The notes: generated from the sequence alone by a model not told the origin. 64,000 nucleotides of DNA from Thalia democratica (GCA_965202585.1 OZ241831.1:42036001-42100000), one strand, 5' to 3'; numbered from the stretch's first letter, positions 12,474 through 25,739 are shown. Program-made: numbers and translations.

Positions 12474-13572
12474 GACTACATGAATCTTTAGTAGTTTTGT
12501 TTTAATAGTTAATCATTTAATTGAAAAGAAGAAAATACTAATTTTTACTAGATTAGTTTTTTTTAGCTATGATGAACATAAAATATATTGGTAATTGCCT
12601 TGCATGATTGCGGACCAATATCTAGCTGAAATTAGCTTTTCCCCCTTTTTGCCTCAAGTGAAATTATTAATTTCTTTTGGCCATATTAAATTTTTTTCAA
12701 AAGAAAGTTTCAAGTTTTATATTTAATTTTTATATTAATATTAATTTCTTAAAGTTTACACTCAAATTTTTTAATGGATAATTTATAAGGCATGAATCTA
12801 GAATAACAATAAACATGTGAATATAATATATGTTTACTATATGCTATATTAGTATGTTAAAAAAAGATGCAATTTAAACTGTATGTATTTAATATTTAAT
12901 AACCTATGCAATTAAATCGTATTGCAATTAACATACTGTAATTAAACTAATTTTTCAAATTTAATATACAAACAATTTAATACTAATATGCAACGATTAT
13001 TAAACTTATGATTTTATTAAATTTGGAAACAATGTAAACTAAATTACCGCAATTTTTAATTTTGTTAACATTTTTAAAAACAATAATGACTTAATTTAAT
13101 TAGTAAATTGAATCACTGATCATTGAATATGAAGTATTATTTATTATTTGTTTTATTATCCTTATTTTTCTTGTAAATACTTTTTGCTTTTTACATTTAG
13201 TTTTACAAAATTATGTTATTAATATATCTTATTTTTAATTATAAGTTTATTTTTACTTAATTAGTAGTTATTTATTGCTATTATATTACACTTTGCTTAT
13301 TCTTGAATTAATATCACTGTAAAACAGTTTTAGCTTTATGGTTTGTTTACAAAATGTTAGCATATGTCCTAATAGAAAAATCTGTCAAAAGTAGTTGCGT
13401 TCTTTTTGAGTCTAAATTCATATGAAGTTTATAAAATTAACAATTCTATTGCGCTTAAGTTAACTTACTTTAAGCTTTATTTTGGAGATTGTAAAAAAAC
13501 TTGTTAAGTTTTAAATCGATGCCACGTTTTTAATAAAAGTGCTTCAAAAATTTATTTAAATTTCAAATTACC

Positions 13573-14440
13573 TGTTATGTGATAGTTGTATTGATTACGA
13601 TCTACTGTGATGTGATAGTTGTATTGTTGCAATCTACTGTGATGTGACAGTTGTATTGTTTGCAGTTTACTGCGATGTGATAGCTGTAGTGTTGCAGTCT
13701 ACTGTGATGTGACAGTTGTAGTTTTGCAATCTACTGTGATGTAATAGTTGTATTGTTTGCGGTCTACTGCGATGTGATAGTTGTATTGTTTGCAGTCTAC
13801 TGTGATGTGATAGTTGTAGTGTTGCAGTCTACTGTGATGTGATAGTTGTATTGTTTGCAGTCTACTGTGATGTGATAGTTGTATCGTTGTAATCTACTGT
13901 GATGTGACAGTTGTAATTTTGCAATCTACTGTGATGTGATAGTTGTAATTTTGCAACCTACAGTGATGTGACAGTTGTATTGTTGCAATCTACTGTTATG
14001 TAATAGTTGTATTGTTTGCGGTCTACTGCGATGTGATAGTTGTAGTGTTGCAATCTACTGTGATGTGATAGTTGTATTGTTACAATCTACTGTGATGTGA
14101 TAGCTGTAGTGTTGCAATCTACTGTGATGTGATAGTTGTATTGTTCACGATCTACTGTGGTGTGATAATTGTATTGTTTGCAGTCTTCTGTGATGTGATA
14201 GTTGTATTGTTTGCAGTCTACTGTGATGTGACAGTTGTAATTATGCAATCTGCTGTGATGTGATAGTTGTATTGTTGCAATTTACTGTGATATGATAGTT
14301 GTAGTGTTGCAGTCTACTGTGATGTGATAGTTGTATTGTTGTAATCTACTGTGATGTTATAGTTGTAGTGTTGCAGTCTTTTGTAATGTTATAGTTGTTT
14401 CATTGCGATCTACTGTGATGTTGTAGTTGTATTGTTGAGA
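13573..14440 (+). repeat. 32-33-bp minisatellite (TCTACTGTGATGTGATAGTTGTATTGTTGCAA), about 27 copies
   Basis: Head-to-tail units with point variants and no spacers, read directly. Confidence 0.97.
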
Positions 14441-14583
14441 TCATAACTTGAAGCTTACATTTAATGTCTGTAAGATAAAACTCCTCTTTATGATATAATG
14501 ATTTTTTTTTTGAGAACTTATGATTTTTTAATATATGACTAAGATTATATATGACCATTTGATAGATACTATTAATGATGATA

Positions 14584-15520
14584 GGGTGTCACTTTTGCAC
14601 GACCGTCACTTTTGCACGAGCGTCACTTTTGCACGAAGGGACACTTTTGCACGGCGACACCTTTGCACGAGCGTCACTTTTGCACGAGGGGACACTTTTG
14701 CACGGCGTCACTTTTGCACGCAGGGTCACTTTTGCACGAGGGGACACTTTTGCACAGCGTCACTTTTGCACGGTCGTCACTTTTGCACGAGGGGAAACTT
14801 TTGCACGACGACTCTTATGCACGGAGGGTCACTTTTGCACGAGGGGACACTTTTGCACGGCGACTATTTTGCACGGAGGGTCACTTTTGCACGAGGGGAC
14901 ACTTTTGCACGGCGACTCTTTTGCATGGAGGGTCACTTTTGCACGAGGGGACACTTTTGCACGGCGCCACTTTTGCACGAGGAGACATTTTTGCACGGCG
15001 ACATTTTTTCACGATGACAATTTTTTTACGGCAGCTTTGTTGCACAACGACACTTTTGCACGGAGAGTCACATTTGCACGAGATGACTCTTTTGCACGGC
15101 GTCATTCTGCACTAGGAGACTTTTCTGCATGCAGGGTCATTTTTGCACGAGGAGACACTCTTGCACGGCGACATTTTTTCACGATGACAAATTTTTATGG
15201 CAGCTTTGTTGCACAACGACACTTATGCACGGAAAGTTACTTTTGCACGAGGGGACGTTTTGCACGGAGGTACATTTTTGCACGAGGGGACTCTTTTGTA
15301 CGGCGTCTTTTTTGCACGAGGAGACAGTTATGCACGCAGTCATTTTTCTTAGAGGAGACACTTTCTCTAGGCGACATTTTTTCATGATGACAACTTTTTA
15401 CGGCAGCTTTGTCGCACAACGACACTTTTGCATAACGTCACTTTTTTAAGAAGAATTTTTACACAGCGACATTTTGGCACTATGACTTTTTCGCATGGAA
15501 CATCAATTTTGCAAGAAGAC
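14584..15520 (+). repeat. Solo long left arm of the TTTTGCACG foldback-like family
   Basis: Starts GGGTGTCACTTTTGCACG and continues in ~16-18-bp units. A longer block (gcgacattttttcacgatgac...gcacaacgacac) recurs at ~14998, 15168 and 15371. The end resembles the inner end of the 5371 left arm (tttgcacgaaggctgattaaatgc). No partner arm nearby. Confidence 0.9.
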
Positions 15521-18272
15521 CAATTAAACGCCTTTTTTAGATTTATAACATATAGAAAAACATAAATCTATTGCGTGCGTTTTTTTATTATATTTAAAAA
15601 ATGTACTCAGATAAAATTTTATATTTTAATGGATTGATAATATAAATTGAAACCTATTTCTAACTTTTAAATAAAAACTTTTGTATTAATTTTTTTCTAA
15701 AAATCTCAATTTAATAACAGTGTACAATATAAAAATCAAAAAAATTGTTTTTTTAGTAGTCTTTAAATTCTAATTGTTAGTTATAATCATGCGCAAACTA
15801 CTACATTTTTGTTACAGTTAACTATTAACTATTAAAACTATTAATTATAAATCAGTTTATAAATTTCAAGACTACGTTATATTTTAATATAGAATAGTTT
15901 TTTAATTATAGAAAAAAACAACTAAGCAATTTATTTTATACCCAGTCATCATTTATTTATTGTTTACAATTTAAAAGATCCACAATAAACGAACAAAAAG
16001 ACGTCTGTCTAAAATGTCTGAAGTAAGTTTCTGATGAGTTGCAGTGAAAGTATATTAAAAATTTTATGAAAAACATTGATTGTTATTTATATAGGTAAAA
16101 ACTATAGTAGACTTATGTTTTTAATTAAAAAAAAAATATATAAAATGTAAAAAATTTCTTTAACATTGTTATATATTGTTAATATATGATGTTCTTAAGT
16201 ACCCATAAGGTGTAGCATTTTTTTAGCTTACTAATTACTATCGCTAATATCTCTTAATCAAAGTAAATTTCGGTTGTTTTGATAATATTATCTGGTATAT
16301 ACTTTTGTAATTATATCAGAGGTTAGGTTAATTTTGTTCGTTTTTAAAATTACAATTGGATATGTGAACATTTTAATATTCTTTTCAAACTCGTGAAACG
16401 TAAATACAATTAAGTATCCTTTAGCTGCAGCTTTTTTGTTGAATACTTAGTAATGCATATATCTCTTAATTTAAGTCAACTTCGGCCGTTTTCACATTAC
16501 CATCGGATAGTCAAGACTCTAAGCTACATTTTAAGATGCTTACTATAGTCGTGTGACTAGAGATAAAGATTATATAACATCTAAAAGTTTCTTAAAAATG
16601 TTATATTTGGTAATTTTAAAATTTCTTAAGTACTCTTAAGGTTCATCATTTTTAATTTTTATATATACTATCGCTAATATCTCTTCGTTTAGGTAAATTT
16701 CGGCAGTTTTAAATAATATAAGATCTCCTTAAGTATCCTTAAGGTGAAGCATTTTTATTTAGATTTATGCTATTGTATGTATATCTGAGGTTAGGACGAC
16801 TTGGGTCGTTTTAAAAAAACCATCGGATAGTTGAGTCTTATAGCAACATTTTAAGATGCTTGTCATTGTTATGTGAAGAGAGATAAAGATTATACAACAT
16901 CTAAAAGTATAATTTTACATTATTATTTCTTGTAAACACACGACTTTGTTAAGTGTTCTTAATGTCCAGCATATTTTGTATTTGAATTCGTACTGTTGCA
17001 TAAATCTCCGATGATAGGTTAATATCGGCACTTTAGAAATACCATCACATAGTAAAATTCTCTGCAACATTACAAAATACTTTTGTTTTTATCCACGACT
17101 AACAGTTGTTTATTTTCTAACTTTTTTAAAAGTATTATTATATATTTAAGACTTTCAGCGAAATTTTAGATGCTTGCCGGTTTTTCTTGATTAGAATTTC
17201 AGATTATAAAACCTTTAGAAGTTCAGTTTAACAAAGTTTCTATATGTTAACATACGATTTCTCAAAGTATCATAAAAGTTGAACTTTTTTTATAAATTCA
17301 CACTTTTGCATTTATCTTAGAGGTTGGATCGATGTTTTTAAAAACTCTCAGAAAGATGAGACTCTAATCAAGATTTTAAGATGCTCACCATTGTCGTTTG
17401 ACCAAAAATTAAGATTATTAAACACTTTTAAAACTAGTTCAACAGTATTATTATTCAAAAACATACCAATTCCGAAAATATATTTAAGGTGCAGCATTTG
17501 TTTCAAATGATTCTGATTATTACGTACATCTTTAAGGTAAGATTTAATTCAGCCGTTTTTAAACACTTTCGAAAAGCTACGATTTTAAGCACCGTCTTGA
17601 GATATATTTTATTGTCATGTGATCAAAAATTACAGTTATATAACATATAAATTTTTACCTTAACAATGTTATATTTTGTAATGTACGACTTCCTTCAGCA
17701 TGCTTAAATTGCAGCACTTTCTAGTTAAATTTATATTATTGCATATATATCTATTTTTAGCTCGGTTTCGTCCGTTTATCTAATTCACTGCTAAAATCTA
17801 CTGAAGCATATCAGAAATAGTGAGCTTGTTTTTTAGTTTTGTATTAGTCAGTAAACTTTTAATAACTATAACTATATTTGTAAATTATATAGTTTCAATT
17901 TATGTGCATGAGATTATGGATCGAATTCTGTTTTAACTTTTAAACAGATTTTTACATTCAACTCTTTATGACGTAACTATTTTTGCTAGATACTTAAAAA
18001 TTATTATATATTACTAAATTTATCCATATTCTTATCAGTTTTAGCGAGCGTATTCTGACGTTGTGCTAAAATAAATCAATCATTAAACTTTCAATCTTTT
18101 TAAAAATGAGTGATTTGTGTTTATACTTTTTAATAAAAACCAGAACAAAATAAAACTATTCTAAATATTAGTTATAGTTTTAACTTTTTCTTTCTGAAAA
18201 GTGACTATTACAAAAAAATGTATAAAATGTTTTGTTTTAATCTACAAATAAAAAAAAATAATCAATGAAAGT

Positions 18273-18535
18273 TTATTTTAGAGCTGTCAACTCTCCAATA
18301 GTTTTTAAGGCCTTAAACTTGTGGATACCCCTATTTGATGAGCTTAGGACTTTAAAATACATTGGTTTGTTATTTTCGTTGTAATTTAAGAGTTCGTCAG
18401 GAAGTTCAGAGAAATCAACTGGCGATGTTGGGTAAATTGTACTTTTCTGTTTCTGAAGAGTTGGACTGCTTCTCCTGTCAAGTTTATCTAACATATTGTA
18501 CTCCAATAGTTTTTGCCGAGTCTCAGCTTTTTTGT
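18273..18535 (-). CDS. Terminal exon of the zinc-finger gene fragment in the foldback spacer
   Basis: Acceptor tttttag|ACAAAA at 18535, phase 1. Open to TAA at 18273 (DKKAETRQKLLEYNMLDKL...GELTALK*). Confidence 0.6.
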
Positions 18536-18883
18536 CTAAAAATTTAATCTATTAAGTTTGTTGACTTTAAGTTGTTTTTTAAATAATAGTCCAAACTCTG
18601 ACGACTAATTTTCAGAATTAATATTTAATTTTTTGAAATTGTTAGTTGCTTTTTATTTTAATGTAAAATTACAAATTGTTTTACGTTGGTTGATGTAAAA
18701 TAAAGTTTATTTATGAGGAAAGGTATACCTAAATGAGGAAAACTACTTTAATAAAATATAAACTATAGATACAAAACAATGAATATTTACAATAAAGTTA
18801 ATGTTACAGTAGTTTAAGTAAATATTCATAAACTACTTAACTTCAAAAAACTTAATAGTATCATTTGGAAGTTTAAGACAAAC

Positions 18884-19123
18884 CTGAGTTATTTTGATTA
18901 TTCGTCTTATGTAAAAACTTTTTAGTATTACAACTTATAGAATCTCTCCAGTGAAGTTTTAAATTATAAGGCCCATTAAAACGTGAATCACAATTGTTGC
19001 ATACTAATAGGTTGGGCATGTACTTTGCGTGTACCGATGAAATATGCTTGATATAACAACTTTTATCATAAAACTTCAAGTAACTGCATTTTTGACTGAT
19101 TCTGCATTTGTAAGTAGTTGACC
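18884..19123 (-). CDS. Exon encoding a C2H2 finger and a C2HC-like finger
   Basis: Acceptor ttttttcag|GG and donor CAG|GTTTGT, 240 nt, phase 1-1. Encodes YKCRISQKCSYLKFYDKSCYIKHISSVH and VCNNCDSRFNGPYNLKLHWRDSISC. Confidence 0.75.
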
Positions 19124-19244
19124 CTGAAAAAAGCACAAAAAACTAAAATCTAAAATGGTAACAATAAATACTTGTAATCTATCTATAAACCTTAGGTTTA
19201 TTCGAAATTTTACCAAACAGTGATTAAGTACTACTATCACATAC

Positions 19245-19400
19245 TAAATAAACAACTTGAAGAAATAAAATCAAAAAAAGTTTCACTATTTTTGAAAATA
19301 AATGTGTTTAAGTTTAAAAAAACATTTTCAGAGATTGTAATAAAAAACACACCATTTGTATCAGTTTTATCTACCAAGTGAGCTGTACTATTGAAATTGA
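19245..19400 (-). CDS. Possible upstream exon of the zinc-finger fragment
   Basis: Acceptor tattttgcag| and donor A|GTATGT, 156 nt, phase 1-1, open frame, 121-nt intron to the next exon. No start codon or further upstream exon found before the right arm. Confidence 0.45.
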
Positions 19401-19444
19401 CTGCAAAATAGGTGCTCAACTTACACAATGTAAAGAGCTAAATA

Positions 19445-19480
19445 TAATAAATATAATAATAATAATAATAATAATAATAA
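19445..19480 (+). repeat. (AAT)n microsatellite
   Basis: Run of ataataataata... at the spacer/arm junction. Confidence 0.8.
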
Positions 19481-21194
19481 AATATAGTAATAATATTACG
19501 GACGAAATCGAGCTAAAACTAGATATATATATGCAATAGTATAAATTCAACTAGAAAATGCTGAATTTAAGCATGCTGAAGAAAGTCGTACATTACAAAA
19601 TATAACATTGTTTAAGTAAGATTTTATATCTTATATAACTGTTATTTTTGATCACATGACATTAAAAAGTATCTCAAGACGGTGCTTAAAATCTTAGCTT
19701 TTTGAAAGTATTTAAAAACGGCTGATATCAATCTTACCTTAAAGATATACGCAATAGTCAGAATCGTTTAAAACAAATGCTGCACCTTAAGGATACTTTA
19801 GGAAATGGTATGTTTTCAAATTATAATAGCGTTGAAGTAGTTTTTTAAATGTTAAATAACTCTATTTTTGTTCAAGCGACAATGGTGAGCATCTTAAAAT
19901 GTTGATTAGAGTCTAATCTTTCTGAGAGTATTTAAAAACATCGATCCAATCTCTAAAATAAATGCAAAAGTGTGAATTTATAAAAAAAAAGCTTCACCTT
20001 TATGATACTTTAAGAAATCGTATGTTAACATATAGAAACTTTGTTAAACTGAATTTCTAAAGGTTTTATAATCTTTAAATTCTAATCAAGAAATACTTAT
20101 AAGCATCTAAAATTTCGCTGAAAGTCTTAACAATATAATAATACTTTTAAAAAAGTTAGAAATTAAACAACTGTTAGTCGTGGTTAAAAACAAAAGTATT
20201 TTATAATGTTGCAGAGAATTTTACTCTGTGATGGTATTTCTAAAGTGCCGATATTAACCTATCAGCGGAGATATATGCAACAGTACGAATTAAAATACAA
20301 AATATGCTGAGCCTTAAGAACACTTAACAAAGTCGTGTGTTTACAAAAAATAATAATGTAAAATTATACTTTTAGATGTTGTATAATCTTTATCTCTAGT
20401 CACACGACTATAGTAAGCATCTTAAAATGTTGCTATAAGACTCAACTACCCGATGTTATTTTAACACAACCGAAGTCGTCCTAACCTCACATATACATAC
20501 AATAGCATAAATCTAAATAAAAATGCTTTACCTTAAGGATACTTAAGGAGATCGTATATTATTTAAAACTGCCTAAATTTACCTAAACGAAGAGATATTA
20601 GCGATAGTATAAATAAAAATGAAAAATTATGCACCTTAAGAATACTTAAGAAAATTTAATATTAACCAAATATAAAGTTTTTGAGAAACTTTTAGATGTT
20701 ATATAATCTTTATCTCTAGTCACACGACTATAGTAAGCATCTTAAAATGTAGCTTAGAGTCTTGACTATCTGATGGTAATGTGAAAACGGCCGAAGTTGA
20801 CTTAAATTAAGAGATATATGCACTAATAAATATTCGACTAAAAAGCTTCAGCTAAAGGAAACTTAATTGTATTTACGTTTCACGAGTTTGAAAAGAATAT
20901 TTAATGTTCACATATCCAATTGTAATTCTAAAAACGAACAAAAATAACCTAACCTCTGATATATTTACAATAGTATATACCAGCTAATATTATCAAAACA
21001 ACCGAAATTTACCTTAATTAAGAGATATTAGCGATAGTAATTAGTAAGCTAAAAAAATGCTACACCTTAAGGATATATAAGAACATCATATATTAACAAT
21101 TTATAACAATGTTAAAGAATTCTTTAACATATTATATAATTTTTTTTAATATTAAACACATAAGTCTACTATAGTTTTTACCTATATAAATAAC

Positions 21195-21893
21195 AATCAA
21201 TGTTTTTCATAAAATTTTTAACATACTTTCACTGCAACTCATCAGAAACTTACTTCAGACATTTGAAGTAGAACAATAGCTTTTTAAGTAAAAACAATAA
21301 ACTATAGAAAACAACTCAAGTAATTAGATTGCTGTAAAAAGTTATTCAACGAAAATCAAATAGTAATTAACGCAAAGAACAATCAATTAAAACTACAAAA
21401 CAAAATGTTTAACACAAGCAAAGACAATTTTAAGTAAATAAAATAACAAAGGAAAGTTTTAAACAAATAACCAAAAGAAACTTTTAAACGAACAAGGAAA
21501 CCTTATAGTCAAACTTTTTCTATTTATAAGTTAAAATACTGAAATTTCTTCTAGTTTGACCTTGGTTTTTTTATTCACTTATAAGTGTCTTTGTTTATGT
21601 AAAACGTTTTGTTTTGAAGTTTAAAATGTTTGTTTTTTGCGTTAATTACTATTGCATTTTTGGTAAAAAGCAGAACTAGACAGAGATATCAATCCTTGGT
21701 GGAGAGATATGAATAAATTTTGTACATTAATTGATTTTTGTTGATTGGTTTTTTACAGAAATCTAATTACTTAAGTAGTTTTCTAAAGTTTATTTTTTTA
21801 CTTAAAAAGCTATTGTTCTACTTCAAATGTCTGCAGTAAGTTTCTGATGAGTTACAGTTAAAGTATATTAAAACTTTTATGAAAAACATTGAT
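21195..21893. repeat. Second imperfect palindrome: ~21195-21455 vs ~21560-21893
   Basis: For example, cagacatttgaagtagaacaatagctttttaagtaaaa is mirrored by ttttacttaaaaagctattgttctacttcaaatgtctg. The right arm carries a ~60-bp insertion. Confidence 0.8.
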
Positions 21894-21979
21894 AGTTATA
21901 GCTATCGTTGAAAGTAGTTATAGCTAATATTATTAAAAGAAAAGTTAGTAGCTTAACAATTGTTATTACAGGTTACACC

Positions 21980-22580
21980 AAACCACAAGTACGTTATATT
22001 GTTGGAGAGAATTTCACTATCTGATAGTACTTCTTAAACGCCGATAGTAACCTGTTTTTGGAGATATATGCAACAGTATGAATTCAAAAAATAAAGTGCT
22101 GAACTTAAGGATACTTAATAAAATCTTGTGTTAATAAAATAAATTAGTGTTAAAATAAACTTTTAAATGTCACATAGTCCTTATTTCTGGTCGAACAAAT
22201 ATGGTAAGCATCTTAAAATCACCTTAAAAGTCTAGTTTGTCTGATGATATTGTTAAAGTTGTCAATGTTGACCTAAATTAAGAGATAAATACAATAGCAT
22301 AAATTCAACAAAAAAAATGCTGCATTTTAAGGATACTTCAGGAAATCTTATGTTAATAGAATAGAATGGTGTTAAAAAAGACTTTTAGATGTTATATATC
22401 CTTCTTTCATATCACACGATTATCGTAAGCGTCTTAGAATAAGGCTAGATATTTATACAACAGTATCAATTTAACTTAAAAAAGTTCTGCACCTTAAGAA
22501 TACTTAACGAGGTCGTTTGTAAATAAAACATAACAGTATTCAAGTAAATTTTTAGATGTTGTATAACAGTTATTTCTTAA
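21980..22580 (+). repeat. Further ~220-bp monomers of the same family, oriented like the right arm
   Basis: Contains gctgaacttaaggatacttaa, ttttagatgttata and gtaagcatcttaaaat motifs, as in 19500-21100. Confidence 0.75.
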
Positions 22581-23509
22581 ATGTCCAATTTGTTAAATAT
22601 TAAATCTCTATATCGCCCAATAAGCAATAAATAAAAACTTCTATTAATCTATTTAATAATTATCAAGTTTTTTTTGAGTTTGAAATTTAATTACGAAATG
22701 AAAGAAGATATATTTGTTAATAAAATAAACAAACAATTAGTAACAAATTAACTCATAACATATGAAGTTTGATAAAGATTTTGTAAAACTATTATTCAGA
22801 AACTAGAAAAAAAAGTATTATATCTTGATTGAAATCAAAATATTCGTTTTAATAAACAACTAGAAAAATTCGACCTGCATTAAAAAAAAACCTTAAGCTT
22901 TGATGTTTTATTTGCTTAAAAGGTAAAAAAAAAAAGCATAGTAAGATTTCTTGTTAGATACAAGCTTCAAAATAAGTAAAAATATGAAAACTATTAGTTT
23001 AATTCAGAACTTAAACTTTGTAGCTAATTGTTCTCATATTTGCTGTTATTTATGAAACTGTGCTGCAAAATGAAAAATAATTGTATACAGTTTTTCTAAG
23101 CACAAACTCAACTAACAAAAATTATTAATTTATAGTTTGTGAAAATTGGAAAAGAGTCTCATTTTAGATATTCTTAATGTAAAAACCCGCGTGCGTTAAA
23201 AGAACTTTATGTTAAACCGATGTATTTGCAATACTCAATATACCAAAGTGTTAAATATTAACCATTTTACAACAATAATTTTACAGATAAAACTTTAAAA
23301 ACAATACAAAACTACCAAACAAGGCTAAAAGCTGGGTTAGGCTAAAAATATTTTTTAATTTTACAAACAGTTTCAAACTTTTTATGTGAAAAATCAAAAG
23401 ATGAGCTTTACATGCCCGATAAGCGCACAAAGAAAACCTCGAAAACGTTGCCCGACGAAAAAAGCGCGAAAACCGACACGTTTTTACGCGGGAACGGTCA
23501 GACTCAGAG

Positions 23510-23858
23510 TTAGCACTTTTTCTTCTCGTTGGCGCAAGCTACTGACTTCTTGCACAAATGTGTAAATATCTGATCACACTTAAAAGTATGAATTCGTCCC
23601 CTTTTCAGAGCGGCGCAATTGAAGTTTTCCTTGCTCCAACCGCTGAAATCAGGCTCATTGTCAGCCCACTTAAACGCCAAATCCGTAGTGTTCAAGTTTG
23701 CCGTGGGAGAAGTGTCATCTGTGAAGGTGAAGTAGTTGTCATTTTCCGAACGCTCAGATGAAATGTTCTTCGTGCTAATGCCGATCCAGATTGAACCTTC
23801 ATCTTTGTATTGTGCGCGATGGCTGAAGATAGCAAGAATGGCTCTTTTTGAATTTTTA
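23510..23858 (-). CDS. C-type lectin, exon 2 (C-terminal half of the CTLD)
   Basis: Acceptor catttttcag|T at 23858, phase 2. Encodes IWIGIS (WIG motif), KWADNEPD, NCAAL, FKC...HLC, then stop. Confidence 0.85.
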
Positions 23859-25070
23859 CTGAAAAATGAAATGGTGGTTGACATTTATTTTTTATATTTC
23901 TACAGTTTAATGATTTCAATTTTATCTGTAACAAATTACTGGTTTTATTATGTCGGTTTGTATAAGTTTTACATTATAAATTATATTAAATGTTTTATTA
24001 AATGCTACAATATTATAATGTTTAAGTATTGTTTACAGTATTAAATATGCACTTTAAAACAGTTCATGAAATTTAATTTAAAAAAAATCAAATATTTTGG
24101 TTCTACTTTTATTTTTATCATTACAGTTATTTACTTTTTGCATATAAGTGATGTATATAAAAATGCATTACATGAAAAACCACTAAAAATTGTGTTTAAC
24201 TAATCATTGTATTTGAAAATACATTGTTAACTTAAATTTTTATCTTTTTTATTTCGTTTGTACTTAATTAGTAACTGCACCAGAGGTTTTTTTTTGACTG
24301 GTTTCTTGTTTCCTGTGAACCCCATGAAAAAAAAAGAAAAAAAGATTCTCAGATTATCACTAAAAACGTTGTTTATTGACCTTGTTTTGGTTATTTGATA
24401 AACTTTGAATAATGAATGTTGAATATATATATAACACTGAAAGATAAAAAGTTTCCTTAACAAAAAATGCTCCTTTTTGCTCAGCTGAAACATATTTTAT
24501 TTAAAAATTTCATTCGTGACGTCATAATAGGTAAAAGCTTTAAAATAGCACTTTTTTTTAGGAAACTTTATACTAAGATGCTTTTAGTTCCAACTATAAC
24601 TTGTTACTTAGTATAAACAAATTTTGATACAGTATTGTTTTTAAACTAGTAAGTAGAATTTTACTTAAAAAATGTCCAATTTAATTACTTAATTTTTTGT
24701 TACCAAGTTATTGTGTATAATAATGTTGTGTTAAGCTTTTGTACTTTAAAATTTATATTTTTTGTTTATGTGTCAACCAATTGGGTTCAAACCTTGAAAA
24801 GTTCAGTTTAGAGAGTTTTCAGTTAATCTTTAAACTACTACGCTTTGCTGGCAATTTATTATTTTATCAATAATTGGTATTTTGATAGTTTTTTATTTAA
24901 GTTGTTTTATTTTTTTATATCTGTTGGCCACAAAGTTGGTTCTTAATTTATTGAAATTTTTAAATTAGAGAGATTACAAAATCATTATTAGAATTCCTGC
25001 ACCATCAGGCAAACATTAAATTATAATTTAGAGATATTCTTATTTTGTTATAAAAGTCTAAACATTTTTC

Positions 25071-25468
25071 GGTAATTACCTAGGATGATGTTGCACCAAT
25101 ATCAAGCTGAAATTATATTGTGTTTAATATCTTTTTAAACTCTAATTTATATGATTGATCTAAAATTATTCTTCGTTTTAAACAAGGTAAATAAATACAT
25201 AGTTAGAATTAAATTCATTTGTTAAAAACTAAAATACTTAATTGATTTTATTTTACAGTATAGGAATGTATATAAGTTATTGTATCATTTGCTTTATTTT
25301 ATAATAAAAGAAATTAAATTTATAAGTTTTATTGGTTAATTGGTAAATAAGTTTTATTTATGTATTTATAAATTGTATTCTATAAGCCTATAATTATGGT
25401 AAAAAACAACATTGAATTTGATATAATTTCAGCTTAATATTGGTGCGACATCATCCTAGATAATTACC
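25071..25468. mobile_element. MITE (398 bp) with ~50-bp TIRs and a perfect 8-bp TSD, Merlin-like
   Basis: TIR GGTAATTAYCTAGGATGATGTYGCACCAATATYAAGCTGAAATTATAT. Flanked by catttttc on both sides. A degenerate single TIR lies at ~12591-12636. The superfamily call rests only on GG termini plus the 8-bp TSD. Confidence 0.8.
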
Positions 25469-25739
25469 CATTTTTCTAGTGAAATTTCAGTTTTTATAGA
25501 CTAAAGTACTAGAAAAAATGTTTTTCTTATAAATATAATATTTTCGGCTCTTTTAGTTTTAATTTAACTAAATTTAAAACAGTATAATAAATAAAAAAAT
25601 ATAGTTTTTTCCATTACTACTTATTTGTTAATTTTTATTTCTAAGCAGAAAAAATAATTTTAAACACAGAGTTTTTCGGCTAAATATTGCGTACTTATAC
25701 CTAAGAAATGCGTATATAAGCGGGAAATTAAGAAAAAAA

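Larger units (their letters stand above)
16012..21264. mobile_element. Large inverted-repeat (foldback-like) structure: arms 16012-17775 and 19498-21264 around a 1.7-kb spacer
   Basis: The arms are reverse complements along their length (aaatgtctgaagtaagtttctgatgag vs ctcatcagaaacttacttcagacattt; ttttagctcggtttcgtccgt vs acggacgaaatcgagctaaaa). Each arm is built from diverged ~220-bp monomers. No clear TSD. Confidence 0.85.

Noticed and set aside
13573-14440. 32-bp repeat array of CRISPR-like unit length
   Set aside because: Units are directly adjacent with no unique spacers, there are no cas genes, and the context is eukaryotic.
14535-15449. Long ORFs (up to 270 aa) with HFCT/VTFARG/LLHEG repeats, and similar ORFs at 5369-6374 and 63727-63924
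   Set aside because: They are translations of the TTTTGCACG repeat arms, open in several frames and on both strands, with no domain or splice structure.
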